From Bugula neritina (Eukaryota > Animalia > Bryozoa): a stretch of 64,000 nt of DNA. Position numbers and translations under genes: made by a program. Below the pieces are notes generated by a model. The model made no database searches. It was not told where the DNA came from and saw nothing but the letters and a program-made list of their open reading frames with translations. Shown in pieces: positions 54,200 to 64,000 of this stretch. The stretch is taken from contig OZ037765.1 in assembly GCA_964035545.1 (NCBI GenBank), positions 10,488,698 to 10,552,697 on the forward strand, in the 5' to 3' direction. Numbering within the stretch: the first letter of the stretch is position 1; every line of letters starts with the position of its first letter.

Positions 54200-55560
54200 A
54201 ATAGTTATAATTATACTAATGCTAATAGTAATACTAATATTAATAGTAATAGTAGTACTAATACTAATAGTAATACTAATAGTGATAGTAATACTAAGTC
54301 TAATAGTAATACTTTAGTAATAGTAATACTAATACTAATAGTAATACTAATAGTAATAGTATGTCTATTACTTATTAGTTATTACTATTAGTAATACTAT
54401 TACTATTAGTATTAGTATTACTATTAGTATTACTATTATTAATACTAATACTAATACTGTAATAGTAATAGTAAAATTAGTAATACTAATAGTAATACTA
54501 ATACTATTAGTATTAGTATTACTATTACTAAGTCCAATAGTAATACTAATACTAATAGTATTAGTATTACTATTAGTATTACTAATTTTACTATTCATCA
54601 TCATCAGCTGTCCGTCGGCTCCGAAGATGACTGTTTCCTAATTATCATGGATCTCCAACCCTCCCTCTGCTTGCTAAGAGTCTGCCAGCTGCCAATTGGA
54701 ATCTGCTTTGCTTTGAGATTTCGCTTCACCGTGTCCTTGAATCTTAGCTTGGGTCTGCCTATTCCACATGAACCTTCACACAGTTGAGAGTATAGAATTT
54801 GTTTGGGTAATCTCCCATTTTCCATTCTATGGACATGACCTGACCATCTGAGGTTCCTCTGGATCAGCACATCATACATGCTCATCATGTTGGTTTTTGC
54901 CAGCACATCATCGTTTGTGACAAAGTTCCACCACTTTATGCTCAGGATCTGCCGGAGTTGGCGCATCATATATGCATTCAGTTTGTGAGCGGCAACTCTG
55001 TATACAGTCCATGCTTCACTTCCATATAATAGGGTGGAGATAATGATGGCTTTGTAGACTGCACACTTTGTTTTGATGGTAAGTTCTTTGTTGTTCCAAA
55101 CCTTGTCTTTGAGTCTGCCAAATGCCTTCGAGGCATTAGAAGTACGAATCTCCAGCTCAGCATCGAGTTTGTTGTTGTCACTAAAAGTTGACCCAAGGTA
55201 CTTAAACTTTGAGACTTCGGCGAGCTCTTGATCTTGTATCAGGATGGGATCACCTGTATAATTTTACTATTAGTATTAGTAATACTAATAGTAATAGTAA
55301 TACTTATACTAATACTGTAATACTAATAGTAATACTAATAATAATAGTAATAACTAATAAGTAATAGACATACTAATACTATTAGTATTAGTAATATTTA
55401 TAACAGAAACAATACTATTACTGCTGAGTACTAATAGTAATAGTAATACTACTACTAATAGTAATACTAATACTAATAGTAATAGTATTACTGTAATAGT
55501 TATACTTATAGTAATACTAATACTAATACTAATAGTAATAGAAATAGGAATACTTACAAT
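54200..55560. repeat. AT-rich (TAATAG/TAATAC)n satellite with strand switches, interrupted by the LINE
   Basis: Direct inspection; explains ORF 54368..54604. Confidence 0.9.
54596..55258 (-). mobile_element. 5'-truncated RTE-clade LINE (end of RT region and C-terminus)
   Basis: One open frame ...EVSKFKYLGS...ASKAFGRLKDKVW...TLLYGSEAWT...LRWSGHVHRMENGRLPKQILYSQL...GRPKLRFKDTVKRNLK; stop runs into a (TGA)n tail; 13-bp target site duplication TAATTTTACTATT at 54583-54595 and 55259-55271. Confidence 0.93.
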
Positions 55561-57241
55561 TATTGAAATTATATTTAATTTTGATTTTATAAATTTAGGT
55601 TATGCTATGGTGGTACAAGTTCAAGTTGAAGTTATTGTTGCTGTTACTGTCAGTGTAAGTGTTGCTGTTAGTAAATGTAAGAGTAAGACTAAGTTAAACT
55701 CAATCGTAATGTAAATCATAAAGGTTATACTTATAGTAAATACTAAGTAGTAATAGTTTTACTTGAATACTAAATACTAAAAGTAAATACTTGTTTTACA
55801 GTTATTCATATGGACTATTGTTAATGTGGTCATAATGATGATCATAATCATAATGATAATCATAACGTGATACTTTTAGTTTTACTTTTCAAAGAGTCAT
55901 CAGATGAATAATTATCATTATTCATTGTCGTTATGTTATAACTTATACCTACTGATTATCTAAGCTTACTGCTTAAACTTAAAGCATAACCATTAGACTT
56001 AAACTATTAGTATTTAACATATTCAATTGGTAATTGACAAGTTTTACTTTTAGTACTTATTTATTATTACTTATAGTTATCAAGATCACTATAACCATAA
56101 GTGATAAGTATTACTAGTAGACTTTGAGTAGTTTACTTATTAAATTTAATTATTATTTACAAATTGTTACCGTTAGTATTAGTAAGTCTATTACTACATT
56201 ACTATTAGTCTATTGATATTAATACGGTATGAAAATAAAATATGTAATGGTTATTGTTTTAATAAAATTTATTCATTTCTAAAGACTAAAGGGGTTGTTT
56301 AATACAAGATAAAAATCAACTCTAAAAGTAAATATCACGCTCACTTTAAGTCTAGTTATTTGTAATTCAGTCTACTTTTAGTCTTTTACTTTTAGGTTAA
56401 AAATATTTATTTTTAGTATCTACTAAAACTGGACTGGGCTTTTTCTGTAAAGGTTAAGGTTTTTTTGTAAAACAATAAAAACCTGGATTGCATTGCTTTA
56501 TTGAAAATGTAATGATAACACTCATTGCTCCTACCAATCATTTTCTGGTTGCTGATATTTAGGTATGGACTAAACCACAAAGTACTAAAAGTAAATAAAG
56601 ATATTACAGCTATTACTAACCAACATAGATCTACCAAATTACGCAATTTTCCACAACTTATGCCATATATCTCACACTTTGCTTGTCAATAATATTTAGC
56701 CAAAAATTACTTTGCTAAAAATACTTATTTACATAGGACTAAGTTAGAGATGGAAGCCCTTATCTCAAACATAATCTAATCATGGACTTGGCTCAAGCTA
56801 GAAAATATGAATTTAACAAAGTTAAAAAGCACTAATAAATAAATTAAAAATAGGCCTATAGTGAATTTTTTCACTTTACTTGTGCACTAGTTAAATTTGA
56901 TGGTGCAACAAATGTAAATGTTTTTGCCCTTCTTCTCTTTTAATATAACTTTATATTGCTATCAGGAAAGGTTTAATATTAAGAAATTTTGAAAGTTTCT
57001 TAACCCAAATTGCATCACTAAACTTGCTGATGTATATTTCATTTAAACAATTATTAACTAATATTATCAAGCTTCAAGTTATACTAGTTTCTAAAACTAC
57101 AGAGTGTGGGAAATGCCCAAACTTTCTATCAGGAAAAATACCTAAGTTGAAAAACATTTTCTTTTCATACCTTTACCTAAAAATAGAAATACTCTCATCA
57201 TATTTGGTTTACTTTCTTGTAGCAATTATATTAAATACACG

Positions 57242-59309
57242 ATGGCAAAGAGACAAGTTCTTGATAGAAAGAGCAAGGCAGCTGCTCCACTTGCTGTGAA
57301 AGCTGAAGATAAATTAGCATCGAGGCGTCCTAAACGTGTACTGTATTACCTACTGTAGAATTATAGCGTAATAGTAATTTATGTCAAGTTTGCAATTTCT
57401 AAAATTTGTTGGTTGGTTTTAAGTTAACTAGTTTTTTAGTGATTGAACACTCTTATTACTTTCAGGCACCTAAAGTAATCTTCGACCCAATAACATTTGA
57501 AGAAGATGCGCAGCTAAAAATAGCCATTCACTTATCTTTGAAGGCGCAAAAGGAAACAGAGGTGAATAAATTAAAGGTTTAAAATGTTTACTTGAAAAAA
57601 TACTGTGATGCTACAACACATTAAATATTAAAATATGATACAATTGTGAATTGTGGCTGTTGAAATTTCTCAATGACTTCATCCAAATAATAATAGCGAA
57701 ACTGTAATAGTGAAGAGTAATAATAATGTAAAATAATAAAATCTGGTAATAATGGTAGTGATAAAAAAGATGATAATAAAAGATAATAATTTGTTATGAC
57801 AAAATTTATTAGGTAATGAAAATATTATGTCTAATGATGTCCCCAAATCTTTTATATGTAAATTATGTTAATTCAACTATTATCACACCAGATATGCAAG
57901 TTTAAATTTATCCTATGCTGATATATACGCATGATATTATTTATATGTTATTATAGGAAGATGTAAAAAGTTGTGCCATCAAAAAAGACACAGTACCTGC
58001 AACTAAGAACTTGATATCGGAGCAAAAGCCGTCAGTTTCTGATTCATCTGGTGTGGGCAATACTAACAAGCCACAAAGAAGCAGCTGTAAAAGGCAGAAC
58101 TCCTCAAGTTCCAAGTAATTTTCACCACCACACCCTATAAATTGGAAAGCTTCACCATTGAATTAAAGCTCTCGGACTAGGCTGGTTTTTTGCAGTTAAT
58201 CTTCACTGGTGCTCATTTTATTGTGTTTGCAATTATACACTCTACCATCAAGAATACAAACAACTCAAAAGTACATAGACGTAACTTGAACTTTTAAAAA
58301 ACTTACTTTTTTGCAATACATCATAACCTGTCCATTAGCATATGTTTTTGCCAAGTGTTCTTTTTTTTATTTTTCATATTTAAGGATCAATTACTAAATT
58401 TGTTAATGAATTTAGGTCTCGATCGAAAAAGATAAAAACAGAAAACACTCAGTCAATTAATGTAAAAACAGAGCCTATAGAAAATTGCAGCACTGATACT
58501 TGTCCAAGGTATGTATTAATATTAATATTAGTAATGCTCTCGGATCTCAACAATGAGTCATTAATAAGCTTATGGTATGTTGCTAAAGTAAAATGGAAAT
58601 TATTATTTGCTGTGTGATAAAATATTGCTCATTCAATGCAAAATCAATTTAACATATATAAATGTTTAAGTATAATTTTAATTTATGTTCTATGAATTAT
58701 TTTAATGTGTAACATGACCACCTTAGCAGTAACTTATAAGATGGGTTGTACGTGCTGCAATTTTGTAAACAAACTAGATTTTCTCTGAGAATATGTTTTG
58801 CAATATTTAGTATTAGTTGTACAAGCAATGGAGAATTCATGTTAGCTCTAAATCTGTCAAGTAAGCATGTGGCATAAGAATGAGTGCTAAGACTTTATAT
58901 GGCATAAAAACCAGTTACATGTTTCAAGTTCAACTCAATTTTGCACCATAACGTTATGATTGAATGTGGTGCTGAAAGTCTATAGTTACTGGCTTGGTTT
59001 GAAGCCAGTTGTGAATGCTCCATCATCAATCAACTGGTTGTTACGGAAGTTGATGCTTTCTTCAAATCAATTCATAAGCTTGCTTGTGCCAACAGGATTC
59101 CTGCGAAAAAAGTAAAAGTTGAAAAGTTGGACAAGGCTAAAACAGAATCAGCTGATATCCCTAGCACCACCAGTTTCATAAATTACATTCTTGAGAAACA
59201 CTCCAACAATAAAAATATGAAGCTTGCAAAATTATTCCAGCACTTTGATTCTGAAACACCATTAGTTAACGCACAAACTTCAAGTTCTCCCCTCACTGCG
59301 GATGACTAA
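57242..59309 (+). CDS. Uncharacterised 218-aa probable nuclear protein with a UIM-like motif (exons 57242-57337, 57466-57561, 57957-58114, 58416-58508, 59096-59309)
   Basis: Five exons join in phase (0,0,2,2) to 657 nt: MAKRQVLDRKSK...RRPKR|APKVIFDPITFEEDAQLKIAIHLSLKAQKETE|EDVKS...|SRSKKIKTE...VKTEP...|IPAKKVKVE...ADD*. The first donor (GTACTG) is weak. Confidence 0.7.
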
Positions 59310-60135
59310 TCATTTTAAGCCAAAGTTAAATTCAACTGATCAACTTGCAAAGATACATCCGATAGCAACATTTTGGCAGCTAGATATTTTATATTTTTGT
59401 TGTACGTCATCATATTTTATTTGTGCATTAGTTTTATAGATTAGACTATATTTTTTATGCAAAGTTATATAGTTGTTTGATTTGAGTTTGTCAATTATAG
59501 CAGTTCATTCAATTTTGTGCTAATACTATTTGTTCATAAAACACTTTTATTTACTTTTAACTAACAAAAACTGAAGTCTGAACTATCAAGTCAGCCGCTT
59601 CAACCTCATCTATTATCAAACTGCATTCAAATGTGACATTTTATTGTATTTTTTATCAGCAACATATTGGTATTAGTATTAATAATAAAACTATTGGCTA
59701 TTATAAAATGAGAACAATGCAGTTATTGGAGAGAATGACAGGCTAAGTGGACATACTGTAAAATAATTGGTGACTTAGAAAAATATAATATGATGTGACA
59801 TAATAATTTTCATTGATTGCACATAATAGTATATTCAAAAAATAAAAATTTGGAAAGAAGTAACTTGCATCACTTGTGCAGGCAGTACAATCATAAATAT
59901 ATCATCATTAAATGTGAAGGGTAATACTAAAACTACTAACTGCTGCGATAACAAGTTTTATGCTTTAAGTAATATCACCAGAAGAACAGAAACTTCACAA
60001 TTTACACAAAATTAACATTGTCTCAATAATGTACTTTACTTGTGAATAAATAGCTGAGAAAAGGCACAGCCAGCTACAAAAATGCATACTAAATAGAAAG
60101 TTGCATAACATTTTGTAAGAGTTTCTCTAATAAGT

Positions 60136-63100
60136 TTACACGTGTTCAGCAGCAGATATTGCAGGAACCAAATTATTTCCTGTTCTCTTTTGGCTGCGAC
60201 GAGCTCCATCAGATCTTATGTACGGCTTGGTCTTGAGATCTGTAGAAAGTGAGGAATATAGTGATTGAATTTCTGAACTGATTTAGTTTTAAGCAGGACT
60301 GCAAAATTACAGCAGGTAATTTTTGTATAAATTTCTAGGCTATAACCTATATACAACAGTGGAGTTGCATGCCCAAGCAAATCAATTTCATAAATTTGTG
60401 AGACCATCTTTCTAATTGATTTACTAGCTCAGCGTACCTAATTTTACATTGCAATGTGGTAGAGAATGGGATTAACAACAATCATCATTAGAACTTATGG
60501 TTAATTGAGATTTAGTCACATGGCTTTTGCTGTAAGGGTTGCTTATAAACTACATCTCCATGCTTCGAATTAATATAGTGACATATAGTGAAAGGCAACT
60601 CCTCTAATGTTTTTATTGAACCTTACACTGTGTGTGTACTGAATGGTTATAATAACAAAGGCTATAATTAAAATTATTATCTATGGTCATTTAGTACATT
60701 TGTAGCAAATTACTTAAAAATGATAACTTTTGCTAAATGCTTTTGGGAGCGACTGGTAAACTGATGATTATAATATCATAGATGACATAACAATAAATAT
60801 TAGGTTTTATTTCACAACTTGTTAGTCAGCTCAAATTTGTATTTAAATGTTATTGCTGTAGATTGAAAATTATTTCTATTGCATTCGAAAACAGTCAGCT
60901 TTTGATTTCCTGTGTTCAATATTACAGCTGGCAGTAGATTTTATTTTGATACTTTAATGTTTTGCCACTCAGAAATATGTATGTTTTGTGTTGCACAGTT
61001 TTAAATCATTAAACATAGTGTGTAATAAAAACCAGCATCTGTGTTCAGTGAATTAGATAGACCTGAGATGAACTGAGCTAATGCATCAATTGGAGACATG
61101 AATTTTTGAAATATTTCCCGTAAACAACCAACTTGGCAGGGCATGCAACTCCAAGATTGTGTTCAAGTTGTAGCTAAGAAGATATTTTTCAACTACAACT
61201 ATGGCAAACAGTTACTTGGTCAACCAATTGAAGCTTTAGCTAAAGATTTAGAGCTTAGGTTTGACCAAAATGACTAGATTCCAATGCAACCAAATAAGTC
61301 TTGCATTAATTAAGCGTGTGATCAAAAGACCAAAATTATTAATACAAATACTTGGTTGTACTGAAAATAAGAAATTTGTCCCACCCTATCTATCGTGAAC
61401 TATATTATACTCACTAGATAAAATATCTTCCAATGCCCCATGATAAATTTCTTCTTTGCCTATTTTCTGGCTATCGTCTCTACCCTTCAAAGTTGTCTTC
61501 AATTCAGAAAGCAAAGCTGCACCTTTTTCAACAGGTTTCTTTTTCTCTTCCTGCTTCTTTGTTCTTTCCATCTCAACCATCCTTAGCTGCTCCCGCTTTA
61601 CATTGTCCTTTCAAAATGAGAAAACGTTGCAAGCAATGCAAAATAGAACTTAATTTAATAAAAATATTTTCTTTTAAATGGAAGCATAGGCTACCTCTGC
61701 CGCCTTCTTATATGACGAGATAAACCTCAAGAAGGTTCCAAAGAATGTCTGTGGAGAAGTTTGACTCGGCTGTTCACCATAATATGTCACAGCTTTCTCG
61801 TATGCCTCTTTGGCCTCTTCAAACTCCTTCTTTATTGAGTGGATTGTGCCTTCAGTGCGGTCAATGAATTCACCCAATACTGTAGCGGCTCGTGTTAAAA
61901 TATTCTTAGCAGATCTAAAGTCAAAAACAACAACATGATTCATACACAATAACCATGACAACAGGCATAAACAAAGCGCTTCAATATGTTATCTAAACAA
62001 GCTGCAAATATAATATTTCGAGCAGTTGACACAGCAGAACCTTGTCACAGTAAATCCAAATACAAAACAGATAATATACACTCCAGCAACAAGCAAACTC
62101 GTTTAATTATTTGTAAAGTCATTTCTTACAATTTTTTAAAGTCAAAGTATAAATTTTACTGTATCAGTGCATTACATAATAGTTTGAATAACGGCAAAAC
62201 ATTTTTGCAAGTTTAAACTAGTTTTACATTTATGTTTTAACAAATTTATTTCAATATTTAATTAAAGATGAGCTAATTTAAATGCAATACATTTGTGTTA
62301 TACAGTTTAAACATGGAACCAAGAAAAATTAGATGACAAGCATTTACTTAATGAAATTAAAATCTGCTTTTAATTTTCATTTCCGCCTTTGAATATACAT
62401 TTCTGTTTTAAATCAATACTATCCGATTTTAAAAAGAGATGCAAATACTTTTAGCTCAAGTGAGACGGGTTAGCTAACTAATTTCAATTGTTGAAATTGT
62501 TAGTAAAATTTAACATAAACACCCCAAAAATAGAGATATAGAAATATTTATGCATTTCAACTATTCAGCATAAAAGCAATGCACCATCATTTTATTTTAA
62601 AGCACTACACTTGATGTTACAAAATGCATTTCTGTTTGCTTTTTTTAAGCACATTTAGGTATAATGTAAGTGAAGCTAATCAAATTGTTGGTATATAATA
62701 TATCTCAACTATATCAACAAAATACAATAACATCTACCTAGTTTGATATTCCTTAGTAACGAGGGCCATGCCTTTCTCAAGCTCAGCAATGTCGGCTTGT
62801 AACTGATCAACAGCTATAGATGACGCCTTATCTAAGGAAATCAGATCTTTGGGAAAAGATTCTACTTGAGGATACTTTGCCTACAATGAGTCCACTGATG
62901 CTGTATCACACAGCCAATCATATTGAAGCAAAGTAAGACCCTCCACACTCCAGCTTTTAAAAACACAGGTAAAAAATTGCGAAGAACTAAAACATGTAGG
63001 GTATATTTACCAAACAGTTTCAACACAACACACTCTTTGTCACTCCCATTGAACTTTAACAACTAATTAAAAATATAGTACATGCAAATTTAAAAATCAA

Positions 63101-63747
63101 CAATCTAGAGAGTGGCTTAAAATAATGTGGTATCTTACGGCGACAGTGGCAGCTATGTAATGCAGTAGGGATTGCTTTTTGTCACTTGTCTTGACATGTT
63201 CAAGGGCATCTAAACTTTGCAGTTTAAACCCGAATGCCCCACCTTGTCTTTGGCTGTTAATATAGTTGCCATAAGCAAGAATAATCTACAAGACAAAATT
63301 TCAAACATCATATAAAACCATATAAAAGAGTTGTTCAACTAAATATTTATACCTTACTTAAACTTTAGAATGCGTCTTGATAATGCATTCCTTCTTACCT
63401 CTAACATTCTCTTTATTTTTTCTGAACTCATCAAAGATTTGGAAGCTGCCTTCAACGCACATGCTTGCTAAAATTACACAGAATGATTATAATTAAACCA
63501 TTGGTGATATATTCCACATCACCATATGATGAAATAGAAACCTCATTTCCTATATAACTTGTTAAACTTATGAGTAAACTAAATATAAACTCAGCCAGTA
63601 AGCTGGTGAAACAGTACTGCAGACTACAAAGCTATAAATGTGTACAAGACTGGGACTTACCGGCTCAATGTGTTTCACATTATCATTAAAGCAGCCAATG
63701 AAGAGCATAATGGAAAGTTTCTGTTGCAATTTCTCAATGCTGCTCAA
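60136..63747 (-). CDS. Formin, FMNL/FRL-like, 3' part (end of FH2 domain plus DAD region); starts beyond window end
   Basis: Exons ~63747-63661, ~63467-63399, ~63286-63140, ~62881-62739, ~61914-61695, ~61608-61416, 60239-60136: LSSIEKLQQKLSIMLFIGCF...IILAYGNYINSQRQGGAFGFKLQSLDAL...KQSLLHYI...YYGEQP...FFGTFLRFISSYKKA...HGALEDILSDLKTKPYIRSDGARRSQKR; the last motif matches the FMNL-type GAIEDII.DL...PY.R.D..RRS tail. Confidence 0.92.
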
Positions 63748-64000
63748 CTACAAACATAATCAAGGGAAATAAGCAATGAAGTATAAGTTACACATGATGA
63801 GACTAACTTCTCCATAACGAGTACAAAATGTCTATTAGGTACATTGCAATTTCCAAATATGAAATTATTTGCTTGTGAGACACTGGAATAAGAAAACTAA
63901 TTGATTACTAGCATGTAGAATAGAAAATAAATAGAAAGATAAATCCAGAGCTATACTAAAAGGAACTGTAGATGAAGGAAATCGTTAACAGTTGAACTGA

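Noticed and set aside
54978-55196. Separate ORF implying a frameshifted LINE
   Set aside because: It is an alternative frame; the true RTE frame is continuous with 54604..54969.
57024-57299. 91-aa ORF overlapping the orphan gene's first exon
   Set aside because: AT-rich, intron-like composition; the frame from ATG 57242 splices in phase with downstream exons and this one does not.

Overview
AT-rich (roughly one third GC by eye) eukaryotic genomic DNA with GT-AG spliceosomal introns, most likely an invertebrate animal. No prokaryotic features, rRNA, true tRNA or CRISPR were seen. Left to right: (1) the first four coding exons of an arylsulfatase B/I/J-like gene on the minus strand, with a long Ser/Pro/Gln/Ala-rich repeat linker; (2) a ~7.1 kb head-to-tail tandem duplication (~4950-12038 / ~12039-18580), each copy carrying an internally deleted Tc1/mariner element and a rearranged TOM70-like pseudogene; (3) a ~32 kb, ~40-exon plus-strand gene (19935-51679) that I assembled by hand into a continuous ~2,800-aa frame made of plectin/plakin repeats and low-complexity linkers, with no recognisable CH, plakin or spectrin domain; (4) a 5'-truncated, still open RTE-type LINE in AT-rich satellite; (5) a 5-exon, 218-aa orphan gene with a UIM-like motif, NLS and SUMO consensus sites, mostly missed by the ORF track; (6) the 3' part of an FMNL-like formin on the minus strand. 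Harbinger-type MITEs, tRNA-derived SINEs and simple repeats are scattered through the window. The most striking structure is at 42801-43427: 25 exact-period 25-bp units, each shaped like a miniature GT...TTAAC...CAG intron, stacked against the acceptor of a coding exon. All gene models are manual, from splice-site and phase consistency, and need RNA-seq confirmation.
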